A DNA stretch of 63,750 nucleotides, counting the filler, from Perkinsus chesapeaki ATCC PRA-425 (lineage: Eukaryota; Protista; Perkinsozoa), in NCBI GenBank assembly GCA_013115145.1. It is 8 parts of 8 records of this genome, joined end to end, with 100 filler letters (N's around TTAATTAATTAA, not from the genome) between each part and the next. Parts side by side here need not be neighbours in the genome. Positions count along the whole stretch, not along the records: positions 44,231 to 50,570 come from JAAPAO010001093.1; positions 50,671 to 57,543 come from JAAPAO010001059.1; positions 57,644 to 59,333 come from JAAPAO010001823.1; positions 59,434 to 61,068 come from JAAPAO010001854.1; 4 more parts are not named here. One strand, written 5' to 3'. Made by a program: the position numbers and the translations under genes. The notes beneath the pieces are model-generated. The model made no database searches and was not told the origin of the DNA. It saw only the letters and a list, made by a program, of their open reading frames with translations. Of the stretch, positions 46,712-61,030 are shown piece by piece; the stretch's first letter is position 1; every line of letters begins with the position of its first letter.

Positions 46712-47638
46712 CTTATGTCCTGTTGATTTGTAATGTACGCGTATTGTCCTATGATAGTACTGCTATCCTTTTCATTGTATCATACCCCCGTTGCAAAAAC
46801 TGCACGGGTCGATGACGCTCAACATTGCTTCTATTTCTGCGCTATTTACAGCCTGTAGATTACAGGTGCTTTCTATATACAACATAATTGCAATAAGCTT
46901 TTATTTTTCACAGTCGAGTTCAGAATGTAGAAAAACGCCTTTTCGATAGGGCGGACTGTAGTCGACACTCGATACAAGGATTTACTCGTCTTCTGTTAAG
47001 CAGTAGACAAGTTATCTCAACGGTAAAGCTGGTGTTGAATAGATTATAAATTAAAACTGTAGCAACGTATTCCCAATGGTTTCGAGAGTGGGCAGTACAT
47101 TTAGGTGTCTTACTCGACGCTTATTATTATAATAGTAGTAGTGAACTGATACCTGTAGCTGCTGTTGTAGCGCAAGGCAGGCTTATCAGGGGCGAAACAG
47201 ACGATTTGCTGCTAAGTGTGGGTACCTTATAAATCCCAAGTGTAGATTGCAACGGTAAAGCAAGGGAGTCGATATGAGCGCTAAGAGCAACAGCTCGCGC
47301 CAAATGTCCCTTACCTCCGGAGAGGGTATACGCGGCTTTGCAATGATTGTTATAGCCCGCCTATCAGGGGAGTGATATACGACATCCGGTGAGCATAACG
47401 GTGGCATTTCCAAGGATAAGGGTTTTCCTAGGGGCAAGGCATTGGGAGTGCGCGTGTTTAATTTTACAGAAGTCTGAACGGGTGATCACAGCGATGGGAG
47501 CATCAGGGCCTGCCTTGTGCTGTGCAACACTATAGATGGTCACGTGGGGTCGTGAGAGCATAGAAGGAAGGTAGTTACCGAACCAATATACAAATAACGC
47601 AACCAATCGATGACGCTTTTTAATGTTACTAAAATGTA

Positions 47639-48672
47639 TCATTCCGGCAACCGAAGAACGATGTGTAGGAAGAGATCGGTGTAAAAAGTATGTAACATCA
47701 ACCACCACATTGGTGTATCTGGATTAACATGTATACCATGGATAATAGCACTATAGGATCTAGAGCCATCAATTTCAGTGATTAAATCAGATATAGTAGA
47801 ATGCGGAGATATAGAATATACCAACGGTGAAGCAGCATATCGATGGTACACTTTCAATGCTACACGAGATATGTCTTTAAGTGTATTAACCTTAGCGTTG
47901 CGTAACTCCTTTGAATCAACACACTTGTTCAATATCTGGGGATCGCGCCGGCGTAGGCGCTCTACGTCAGCTGCTAACATTAACCCAAATGCTGTTGGAG
48001 CATGCTTCGGTATTTGTATGCCAAGGGCTGCTTTCATTTGATTGAAGTGTATACTGGAAAACTGTTCGTATGTCTGAAAGAAAAACAAGCAATGAGCAAG
48101 CAAGAGAGGCGCTCGTTTAACCTGGTTTACCTTGAATTCCAGAAGAGTTTGAGGTGGTGGATAATACATGAAATGAACGATTATTTTCCATGGTGTTGGT
48201 GCAGGAGTTCCTTCTTTTGCACAAGGCCCATATAAATCGAACAACACTCCAATAGGTATTGACCAATTCAATGGGATGGCTGTTTCACCGCCGCCTTGGG
48301 AGATTACTTCAAACCATAATGCATGACCATCGGTATCACTGAACAACATATCGATGTAGATGTAGGAATTATAATAACAGAGACTGACTACCTGTTTGTT
48401 GATCCTATTAATGGCGGTATAAATGTTAAGAAATGATCTTTAATAATTGTATATAAATCAACAAGATATTCTACTCTTAATGGATGACAGTATAAAGGTG
48501 AAGGATGTTTGTGGGCTGTAACCTCCTCTTCAGACATTGATATCTCTATTAATACTCTACCATTTGATATCATATCTCGACTTATACCATCACTTAATGT
48601 CTCTAATGATGGATAGGCGGTGATGATGGTACATTCATTATTGGATTGATAAATGTCATCAGATGCCGACAT
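47639..48672 (-). CDS. ATG5: Autophagy protein ATG5
   Basis: NGRVLIEI...PLY....RVEYL, PLNWSIPIGVLFDL, PWKIIVHF and the C-terminal IHGI....DTPMWWL.....YTDLFLHIV motif. Confidence 0.88.
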
Positions 48673-48891
48673 CTGGACAATAGATTATATTTTATCATTT
48701 AGTATCCTCAAACTAAACAGACTAGAGTATACATTCTAACAAAGGTATGTGTAGATGGTATCATAAACAAAGTCATGCGCTTAATATTAGGCTGCTATTG
48801 ATGATGTTGACGGCTCGGAAGGGTTCATATCGACAACCTTACTATACCTGTAATAATATAATAATAATGTAATACAATATTAATGTACTAT

Positions 48892-50463
48892 TCAATACCC
48901 ATCCTCCTTATGTTTCAGCATATACATAGCTATATATGTGATAGGGTCTTTAGGTCTATCTCTTGATACCTCATTAATAGCTGGTGTCAGAACAGGTAAC
49001 ACAGTCTGCCGCAGATAACTCCTTGGTGTAAGCGATGATGTTGCTTTATCCGATCTGTCCAAGTTATTATTATATCCCAATGCAGCAGCAGCAGCACCTT
49101 CCTCCTTCTCACGACGTAGCTGTGAAATAGTAAATGTATGTTTCCTGTTTCAAGAGGCTTCAATGATCACTAACCTTATCTGTATGCTGTTGTATAGCAT
49201 CGTATATTATATTATTGAAATACTCTTCATCTTTAGTTGCCATATAGTCATCCACTACCAGACCAATCTCTAATTCTGATGGTGTATCTAGTACTCGTAA
49301 ATATTATCGTAGTAATACAATACATTATCACTTGTTAAAACATCCATAACAGTTAATTTAGATACTTTTCTAGCTTTACCCAAGTATATATGTTGTATAT
49401 TAGTATCAGCTGTATTGATTAATATCTTCCTAACTTCTTCTTCACCTATTATCTTCATTATCCCCCTGTTTTAGAGCCCCCCTACCATTCTTTTCCATAA
49501 TACTAACCATCCTCCCTTCTGGTATCATCTCATGTACTAAACCACAATAAACATCACTATAACCTCTGTACTCAGTCATTAAACTCTCTGATTCAATAGA
49601 ATTATTATTAGCATCGATAGGTGCTTCCTCCTCCTTCTCAGCAGCAGCAGTCTAAAAAGCATGAGCTGCCCACTTTACACCCTATTATATAATACAATAG
49701 GCGTATATCATAGGCAATACTGTATAATAACGTATATGCTTAATTTGATTCACCGTATCGGATATATTCCCTCCTACCTTAGCACCATTACTCCCTTGCT
49801 GTTGCTTCCTCCTATGTGGAAATAATAATATAGGCTCATTGGTATCACTGTCTATTGTTAATATCCCTCTATGAGTATATTGTGGTGTAATATTCATAGT
49901 ATTACCATCACCATTGATGATAACCTTATTAGTCTTGTATTTACCACAATACATAGGATGTTTCCCTTCACATAATAACCTTAATTCTTCTATAACATAT
50001 TGCATATCTATTGTAGTATGTAGGTTAGTAGAATCATCAGCGTCATCATCTTCAGTAGTGGTAATATCATCCCACAGTACCAAAGCGAAATCTCTTTTCT
50101 CTTGTGTAAGGCGTATTATCATATTAATAAAGCTGGGTAAGATACTATACAGGCCATACCTATTATGACCATATGACCAATATTTAATACTAACAACACA
50201 TATTACTGGAATATAGTTTTTATTCCTAATTCATATTCCTTAGGCGGCTCTTTAGATTCCTCCTCCTCCTTCTCCTCCTTATCCGCTTCACTCTGCCTTA
50301 TATTAACCTTATTAGGTAATCCAAAGCCTTTACGAACAGATGGTGGAAGTGATAGGCAACATTTAATAAGGTTATCAAATTCCCCACGTAGCTTAGCTCC
50401 TGGTGATGTCTTCTTTGTTGTAAAGTCCAATAATATATTATTAATAATATCCCTGATAAACAT
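48892..50463 (-). CDS. Multi-exon protein with C-terminal Dpy-30 motif (possibly AK7-like), 5' end lost at the gap
   Basis: Last exon RSYLRQTVLPVLTPAINEVSRDRPKDPITYIAMYMLK is a clear Dpy-30 motif; upstream exons are AT-rich and unassigned. Confidence 0.55.
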
Positions 50464-50789
50464 TCACAGCAACAGTATGAGTAGTAGTAGTAGTAGTAGA
50501 TTAGGATTTAATAGATTGGTTGGTGGTAATGATAGATGGAAATGTTCTTCATGTGGTAGTACATTTCATANNNNNNNNNNNNNNNNNNNNNNNNNNNNNN
50601 NNNNNNNNNNNNNNTTAATTAATTAANNNNNNNNNNNNNNNNNNNNNNNNNNNNNNNNNNNNNNNNNNNNACCAAAATTTAAACAATTGCCCACCCAAAA
50701 TGGTAAAAAAAATTCCAACAAATTTCCCCATTCCCCCCCAAAAACCAATCCCCCTTTTATCCCACCCAAACCAATGGTCCCCCCCCCCC

Positions 50790-52686
50790 CCCGACTTACA
50801 ATTTGCTCAGAGGCACTTGATAGGTAACATGGCCATCCTCCCCTCGAGGAATGTTGCCCTTCTCCATCGCTCTCACCGACTCCATGCCGCCCATATCATA
50901 CAGGAACTTCTTGGCCTAAAGAAGGAGGAGGAGAAGTAGCAATAATTACACGGCTTGAAGAGCCGTGTATAACTAAATCCCCGCTACTTAGTGCTCGGAA
51001 GTACATTCCCGCGCCCAACTCAAGAAGGCAGCCGGATGGACAATCAAACTCCATTCGCTGGTCTACACTTGCCCACACCTACTGGGTCGGCTAAGATCTC
51101 ATTCGCTTCGCTTATTCTCGTAAACTTGCGCTGAGCCATCGGATCTGAGCACCACTGCAAAGCTCCCTTCGCTGACCGTGTCTTTACCATTTCCTGTCTT
51201 GTCGGGGTGGTATTTGATCGACATTCTCCTGAACGCCTTCTTAACCGTACTGGTGTCGGAGCCCGGCTCCAAGCCGAGGTCGGCATACCTGTCAAAAACC
51301 TCCATGAATATTCCCAACAAATTCTGAGGACTTGAAAATTTCTTATTATGAATTCATTTCGATTAATGCTGATCAAAGTTGGTCGATTGTCCGAATGGGA
51401 TGTAGTTATTATTCTCCTCACTTCCCAGCTGACGAGCAGACCAAGAAGTCCTGTGACATTTGCTGCTCGCTGACATTCTCTCCACTCCACAGTCCCACAG
51501 TCAACCCGTGCGTCAATACGTATACGTGTCGGAGTTTACAAAATTTCTGTCATGTCGCAAATAATCGGCTCATTGTTTCTAATTAGTGGGTCGCTATCGG
51601 CAGCCTTCTGGAGGAGTATAGGCGATGAAATGGTCAAGTGGGAGGACAGCTTACAGATCTCGTCGACTGTCTTGTATCTCCGAATCATAAACTTGTACGA
51701 ATTCAGCATGAAGTGGCTCACCATCACGCTTCCTCTCTCCTGTTAATGTAATCTAAAAACACAATCACAAGGATTCGAACCAGACACCTTCCGATTATAA
51801 AACTAACTCCTTAACCATTACGCCACTCCTCCCTTACATTTGGCAAGTCCAGTTCAAAGTCATCGTCCTCCATATTGGGAATGTGATCCGGTTTCACTCG
51901 ATGTAATCCAGATTTCCTATCATCCTTGCGCATGCGTGCATACCGACTTTTTCTCATTCTCACTTTCCCCACATTATATAGATGTTCCCCTCCTTATCAG
52001 CGCTCCATCTGCATTGCTTCGTCTGTGGCTGATTGCACTCATCGGTTGGAGCGATGAAAATACCATCCGACTCGAAGCGGACTTTCTCCCAGCTGACCGG
52101 AATGGCGAAAATAACTTCTCTCCCCACTCCTCCCGCTGCTGTTTTCTCATTCGATCACCACAACAGGTGCGATCCGTCCTTAATGCTTCAACAATGCAGA
52201 GCGATCAACCAGGTAGTGTCATTGGCAATTCCAATGATTACAGTGCTGGTCTCAAAGTGGCAAAGATTCTCCCGACGTTACTTGTTCCACATCCACTCAG
52301 TTCCCTTCAGCCAATCCATAGACTTATGAATCTTAGAGGTAACTCCCTTTGGGAACTTAACTGGTTTATATTGGACTTGCTGAGCTTGTTGGAAACCAGA
52401 ACCTGACGAAAATGATAAAGCCGATTAAGAAGCCTAAAAGACATTAATAATAAACATTCCGAACTTCGGCAAAAAAGGACCACATTCACGGTCGAAGTTG
52501 AGACGACCTCACGCTATCGATTGCTCCTGAACCACAGCGCTCGAGCAGCGTAGATACAGTATGACCTCCGAATTGGAACTGAAATCCACCACCACCTCCT
52601 CCTCCAAATGCCTCGTTGAGAATGTCCTCGAAGAAGCCTTCAGTCGGTCGGATGAAAATGAACACCAGTATAGAAGGCAAATACAT
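50790..52686 (-). CDS. Secretory-pathway DnaJ protein with N-terminal extra domain; 3' end truncated at the gap
   Basis: Signal peptide, G/F-rich stretch, WLKGTEWMWN exon, J domain YADLGL...VKKAFRRMSIKYHPDK...KFTRISEANEILADP...YDMGG. Confidence 0.88.
51760..51832 (-). pseudogene. Decayed tRNA / tRNA-derived SINE-like sequence filling an 85-nt intron
   Basis: A box TGGCGTAATGG and B box GGTTCGAATCC at tRNA spacing, TTTATAA anticodon-like loop, broken stems, followed by TTTTT. Confidence 0.7.
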
Positions 52687-53234
52687 TGTAAAAAACTAAC
52701 AAGTAGAGTCTACCTATATACCATCGGCAGGAACTCCGTTTCAAAGAATCTTTCAAGATCCTATAGACTGACCGCTGCAATGACACAAGTGTCGCTGGAA
52801 TCCTGCAAGGCGGGACGGGCCGCCTTTCAATTTACTGCTTCAAGAAGACTCATCCTGTGTCACCGTCTCCACAATAGTTAATATTTTACTTTTAGAATTA
52901 TCGTCCGTCCCCCGAATCTAGTCATGATCCTCATAACGTTCCCTAGAGAATCGGTATGTCACAAAGATCAATGTTGCTGAAGATAATATTTTCGAAGAAT
53001 AATGTCTTCCTGAGCCACTATAAAATTTATCACCAAAAATAGCAGCTTTAAACGGGCTGGTCTTAATTCTATACGTAGAACTTTGTTAGTTGCTCCCTCC
53101 CCCATGAAAAATCTCCAAGATGAAAACTTTTCAAACTCGAAGCATATTTTCCGTCACACAATAGAAATGAATTCTTCATGCTCATCTGTTATCATCCGAT
53201 TTCAATAGTCGATATATCTCATCCAGTACCTACC

Positions 53235-53426
53235 GCCGCACTATAAAGAATTAAAGATACCAATCTCTATAATGCCGCACTATAAAGAATTAAAGATACC
53301 AATCTCTATAATGCCGCACTATAAAGAATTAAAGATACCAATCTCTATAATGCCGCACTATGAAGAATTAAAGATACCAATCTCTATAATGCCGCACTAT
53401 AAAAAATTAAAGATACCAATCTCTAT
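53235..53426. repeat. 39-bp minisatellite, ~4.9 copies
   Basis: Unit GCCGCACTATAAAGAATTAAAGATACCAATCTCTATAAT head-to-tail; single substitutions in copies 4 and 5. Confidence 0.95.
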
Positions 53427-54535
53427 ATTTACGTGCCACGAGATAATAAAAGATACTTTTGAGGTTGATTCGCGAACCTCCTCACCTCATCAGGCGGGCA
53501 CTCCTTATTAGCAACAGCCAGTTTGAAAGCCTCTCGGAAAACCTGATAAAAAATTCCCGAAAATTTTCCTATTTTTTACCTTCACAACATTTGTCCCGTT
53601 GCTCGCGCTGACGAAATAAAACGGCAACTTGTTCCGTGATGCAAATGCGAAATTACGCTAAAAAAATATCAGAATTTCTTTCCGCAATTTTACCTCGGTG
53701 ACTGTCATATCGATATCAATTTTATTAGCCACGCAGATCGCTGGGACACCGTATGTGTGCTGACGAAGCTCCTCATACCAGGTTGATCTGAAATGGGGAA
53801 ATCTAAAGAGTCTTCAGAATAGGAAGATGGTGAATTGCCGTAAAGGGAGGGATACAGAAGACAATACATCTCGAACTGGTGGGGGTTGGGATGAAGTGCC
53901 ACAAGGTTGGCAAATGACAGCTGTGATGTCTCGACTACCCTTTTTACGAGTACATTTAAGGGGGACTCGTGGCTCATCCACTGGTGAAAAGTTATACCAC
54001 CACAAGACCAGCAAGAGGCACATATAAGACAAAACAGAAAATATATAGCTTGGAATGAGCGTTGATGGAAACCTTGTTAGTTACTAAATAAGACCATAGT
54101 ACGGCAACTTAACATTCCAATGGCCTTGTAGAGATCGACCCTCCGCGCTGCTTAATCGAACGTGATAATGAACTATAAATATTTAACACAAAATTAAAAA
54201 CTATAATATCGATTATCCTTTTCTTACGGTAACGGTAATAAACACATAATTAGAAAACTTCGCCGACTTCTAAGACTGGAATCTTTCCCCTGGGGCTTCA
54301 ACCCTGCTTTGTGAAATAACCGAGATTAATATAGTGGGCCCATCGCAACTAACCCGACACTTGCGGAGACTGCATCATTAACAAAATTATCAATTTTATA
54401 TTTACTATTGAAATCTTATATGACAAACAAAATGTCATAGAATCCACCAATTTAAAATATACAATAATAAATTTAATCAGTATTTATAATCCCTCTGAGC
54501 CAGCAGCACAGCATAGAGAATCTCTCCCGATATCA

Positions 54536-55651
54536 TTACAAATTCTTGTAGGTAATTTTCCTAGTAATATCAAATACCAATATCGCAGCATTAGCCTTAT
54601 AATAGTAGCTCGGATGGAGCTTGTTGAACTGTTCCTGCCCAGCAGTGTCCCAAAGGTCTATTTTCCAAACTCTCCCATCTGAAGGGGGGCAACAGTACCA
54701 CATTCCAGTGTAGAGTTCACCGGAAAAATCGAAAAGAAAACCGTAACGGTGAAAACCAGTAGGATCACGAATACAATACATCCTCCATTCGTTTATCAAA
54801 TTTACCATTTATCAATTAATCTTCCATGGGAGCCCGGGAAATTTTCCGCCCAAAAAAGGGAAAAATATTTTTTTCGGTGACAAACTTTTCTGATAGTCAC
54901 TGGCTGCTACCAACGGAAAATTGTATACATTATATAATAGTTCTTACCATCTGAAGTGGCATTATACCGGAATAGATTGATCGCAAATGTTGATAGTTGG
55001 CGAGGATTATAATCATCCAGTAGGAATCTTTCCACTAGTTTACTTTTGCCCGAGGCAGAATCACCTGAAAACGACACTACAGCTCCGCAGGAACGCACCA
55101 GCATAGATTGATTCGTATTTCATCATCTCAATCAATATTGAATAAAGATTCTTATGAGGTTGTTATTCGTAATAATTGCAAGTATAAGTGTAACTTATTC
55201 TCTTCCATCTCGACCGACAGTAAAATCTTGCATCCGGCCCTCCTCCAACTCTTTCCCCTGGCGTAACAAGCCAATCTAAAATGTCTATTAACTTGCCTAT
55301 AATTAATAATATCGATTATAACACTAATAAATACCATGATGATCATCTATCAAGCAGATTTTGTATATACTAATAAGTTCAATTACTAATTCTTAAGGAG
55401 CTTACGCGGGGATAGGGATTTCGCATTGGCACCGATCGGAAGGTTTTAACTTTTGCGGCTCAGATTTTTGCATTCTTCCTTAATTTTTCTTCCTTGCCAA
55501 ATTAATATCAATTTATTTATTAACCACCAAACCAGAAGGATGCTAGTTTCCCTATCTTAAGATCCCCTATGAAATCACCTAATAATATTATCTTCAAGTC
55601 GGCAGGAGACAAGTCGTCCTCGTCGATTTCAATAGGTTCATTTCTCTCCAT
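54536..55651 (-). CDS. RABL2: Rab-like GTPase RABL2 (flagellar), partial multi-exon model
   Basis: DLKIILLG|DSASGKSKLVERFLLDDYNPRQLSTFA..LFRY|IDLWDTAGQEQFNKLHPSYYYKANAAILVFDITRKITYKNL. Confidence 0.88.
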
Positions 55652-57103
55652 TCTAACCGGTGTCTTCCAATCAACCTCGAAAATATCTTCAAGTGCGCAA
55701 GATACTTGGGTTTGCGTTCAAGTGTACGCATGTGCGAAAGGCCTGCCATTTCTTGCCGAATCTGGCTTAAAGCATATATTGAACAAACATTAGTATGGTG
55801 CTATCTGTTAATGTTTTATGGATTTATATATAGATATACTAATATGGTTACTAATTAGACTTATAACATTAGTACTATAAAAGTTATTTGTAATTTAATA
55901 ATAGAATGGTTTTCATAATGATACGATATTACTATATTTATTGTTGAGTATCTTTGGTTAATCGCTATGTCAAGCTATGTCATGAAGTAGTCCTACCACA
56001 AGAGATAACATCTCAGGATTCTATCGGACAGCTTTAGAGAGAACCATTCGATTTCAGAAGTCCTTGTCGAATAAAGTTATCGCTTTATCTATCAAAGGAC
56101 TCCGTCATCATTGGGCATTCAATCATCCTCTCCCCTGAACAAAGCGACATCGAACCAGTTGCTTTCATTCTGGTCAATCTATTTCTTCCCACATGCTTCT
56201 TCGTTTGGCATTTTCCAAATCAATGCGCCTTGTGGCCAGACGTTTAATAAACTCTTGCTGGTCGTCTGCCCAATTGCTGAGACCTTAAACCCATATGTAT
56301 GGAACATGCGCACTGTGAAGAATTAAGATACTCGACGGAAAGGTGATATGAAAATCGATTTACTGGAGAACGTGTCCATTCACCCCAATGAAAGCAACAA
56401 GCATATAGCGACAAGTCATTGAACAACAGACTTATCTTAGGTAGTCATGAAACATTAGTAACTGATCTACAACAAAATGATATAACACCACCTGACAGAT
56501 CGGCTGGGGTTTTAGTTAGAAAATGTATGGAAAAATTGCAGCGGCAATTGGTAGGCTAGAAAGGCTATTTGAAATAGGGAATTGCGGGAACACCGACCGC
56601 AAGCGACATTAGCATTAAAATTTGACACTTTGGCGAATCCTGACGGTGACGCCACATTTAGGGACACAATGATATGTCTTTCATGTCACTATAGAAGTTG
56701 TCATAATACGTGTTATGTAAATAAAAAATTCAACAATGAGTTGTTATCAAACTGCTGCGTGGAAGGTTTTTGTAAGAATGCTCGACTGGTGACTATCATC
56801 ACGTTGAATGGTTGAGTATCTTCAGTAATACTGGAATCTTCAATCAACCTTGACCTGCTCAAGTCTACCTCTGTCACACTTTGCACGCATGCGCACGGTC
56901 GAGGGAATTATTATGACTTATCTCATTGATAAATTAACTTGATTTCGTGACTTGGTTTTCCCTTCAACAGCTGGCTCAGCTCGGATTGAACCACCGCTGA
57001 CGTCACTGTACTTGATATATGTAAATAAACAAAACGCAGATGCAATTTAGAAAATATTTTTCCAACATTAGTTGTTTATTCATGTGGCGGCAACCGTACG
57101 ATT

Positions 57104-57442
57104 TTGTCCGACGCTACTGCGGGAAAAAATGTAAAAAATACGGAAAAATATTTTCCCGATTTTCCCGCAGGTGCTTTGGTGGGAGCCTGGATTTATTTCC
57201 GATACGGATATTTCAATGATACTATCGAGCTTGGAAAAAAGATACAAATTCGTGTTAAGAATCAATTTGTTGGCGACCCTAAGCTTCCCAGTCATGTCGA
57301 TGTATTGGTGCTCGGGGGTGGAGTTATGGGGCTGAGTGCGGCGTGGGCTTTATCGAAGCTGAAGAGAAAGGATGGCTCCGAGGTGACGTTCATGTTGGTG
57401 GAAAAAAGTAAGGGAATATTATTGGGAAAATTAGAGGGTTAA
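57104..57442 (+). CDS. FAD-dependent oxidoreductase N-terminal fragment, truncated at the gap
   Basis: Rossmann motif DVLVLGGGVMGLSAAWALS...V..VEK. Confidence 0.7.
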   Translation: MSDATAGKNVKNTEKYFPDFPAGALVGAWIYFRYGYFNDTIELGKKIQIRVKNQFVGDPKLPSHVDVLVLGGGVMGLSAAWALSKLKRKDGSEVTFMLVEKSKGILLGKLEG

Positions 57443-58073
57443 GGGGGATATATAACAGAAAGGAAATATTTTACTAGTGATACGGAGGAGGAGATATAAT
57501 AGAAAGGAGTTTGATAGGAAATATGTTACTAGTGATACGGAGGNNNNNNNNNNNNNNNNNNNNNNNNNNNNNNNNNNNNNNNNNNNNTTAATTAATTAAN
57601 NNNNNNNNNNNNNNNNNNNNNNNNNNNNNNNNNNNNNNNNNNNCTATATTAATTTGTTCTGGGCTTTAACTAATTTGGTCTTGGCTTTTACTAATCAGAT
57701 CTTGAAATGGTGTAGTTGACAAGCGGTGGACGTCACCCTAGGGGACATCCATTGGGTAACGGGGTAGGTAAGAGTCCATGAATTTTATCATCACTGCTTA
57801 TAGGCCCAAAAGTATTGCAGATGCTCCGTATTTACTGTTTTGTGGAGACATGCTGCATAGCATGTTGATTCATACGTGTTGGGCGGCCCAACTTGGGCCC
57901 CGTCTACATACTTCCCACGGCGCTGAAACAGAACGGTCACCGTGACGGAGGGCCCACATCCCAACTTCTCGGCGTCTCCCCGTTAGGCAGTTTGTGAAAC
58001 TGGCCAACATAGCCGGTAACTTACGGCACCTTCAAACATCTGTCTTAGAAGTTTACTCCAGTCCGTATCCCAT

Positions 58074-59333
<1,260 letters not shown>

Positions 59334-60000
59334 NNNNNNNNNNNNNNNNNNNNNNNNNNNNNNNNNNNNNNNNNNNNTTAATTAATTAANNNNNNNNNNN
59401 NNNNNNNNNNNNNNNNNNNNNNNNNNNNNNNNNTTGGTTCGTTCAGCATGCATGAGAGGAATTTTCGTTATAAATAGCATAACAAGTAGGCTGAACTCTT
59501 TTTGTAAACTCAGTCTCACGAACTTCGTGGGTAAGCCCAATCGTGTAATGCCAGAACAATGACTCATTATCAGTGAGGAAGAAGAATTTATAGGGGTGAC
59601 CAAGCATCAAAAGCAAGTCGTTTTGTACAACGGTTTAGCTTTGGCATTCGGAGAACTACACGGAACGTACCGACAGAGAACTTCTCAACTCAACTTAGTT
59701 GTCAATGAATCCTTACAATGCACTCGATTCGGATGGGATTTCACACTGTGGAGCACCTATTATAGGAAATCTCCTCAACGCATGACACGTATTTGATCTG
59801 CAAAAAGCAGGCTGTTATCCTTGGTATTATTATCTCATCGTGAGTGACGTGCTCAAAACGGCGTCATCATGAAACCCGTATGCTACGCTGTGGCGGATGA
59901 GCCGATCACTGCGGAATACTCGGTGCTCTCTCCGGAAAGGTTAATTCCATATATTGCAGAATATATCTCCCATCATTTAGGTTCTTTCAACAACCTCGCA

Positions 60001-61030
60001 ATGCTCACGGTCCCACTAGCCTTCTTCGTTTATAATACACTCACTGTGTGTCGTTGCCTAGCAGAGGCTGGTCGAGAAGTGGGGATATATATAAACGAGT
60101 ATGAAATCCGTGAAGGTTATCCTCACAATTTCACCATGCTCGAAGAGATGGGTGTGAATCGGTACATATTTGCCACGGGCTACGTCAGCTCTAATGGTTC
60201 CATTGATTTCGTTACGGGCTTGAATGCTTCATATACCAGGAGTGTTGGTGCTCAAATAGGAAGCAGCTCCACACTACTTCTTGCCCTCGAGATCATTGGG
60301 TTCGTGAGTGGCAACAGTAGTATTACCGAGTTCCAGTATCATGCTCAGCGGGTCATTGATGACTACAAAGTTGATGGGTTCATTTTCGTGACTTCTTACC
60401 TCTATCGAAGCTTGCAAGGTGAAGAGTGGGGCAGGATGATCGAAATGGTTAAAGCCACTAGGTCGTTGAAACGCGCAAGATCACAGCCTGTAATCGCTCC
60501 GTTCATGTAATGCGGAATATATGATTTAGCTACGTCAAGCATATCATCTCTTAGGTTCAGGGCCGAGAACTTCACGACGTCCTCGCTGTGGTCAGACCTC
60601 AAGTCCTATCAGCCCTGGTTGTATGCCGACTATGCCTACGTCCTCCTAGTCTCCGGGACCGTCGATCCCGAAGTAGAAATCAGCACTGAGTGGGCAAAGA
60701 ACGTCACTAATTGGTACATGGAGGCATCATCACGTGGGTGCAGACTTTCAATTGCCGTAGGATAGGCGTGCGATGCTCTTATGTTGGAAATGAACTTTTG
60801 TCGTTTCAGGTTTATGCCTTGGGTAGGACGAAGGGCTCAACGCTATTGCGAGCTTATTCTGACATAATCGCGGCCGGAGGAGATCCTCGTGGAAACGGTT
60901 CTTTCGAAGGCTTTTATGTCAACACGCCAAGACAGATCGAGTACAAGGCCGATCTAGTATATTCGAGTCATCTACTCGGCATGGCTCTATTTTTTCCAAG
61001 TGCGGATCTACCCCCTACTGACCCACGGGC
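60001..61030 (+). CDS. Secreted GH18 chitinase-like TIM-barrel protein, apparently non-catalytic
   Basis: Signal peptide from Met 60001. VIDDYKVDGFIF sits where GH18 has FDGxDxDxE; the C-terminal YSDIIAAGGDP...F.GFY.N.P..I..K segment fits the family. Confidence 0.6.

Noticed and set aside
53235-53426. 39-bp repeats as a CRISPR array
   Set aside because: Head-to-tail with no spacers.
54700-54900. Odd A/T-run-rich sequence inside RABL2 (also 53520-53700 and 57080-57250)
   Set aside because: Resembles low-quality read tails; no interpretable structure.
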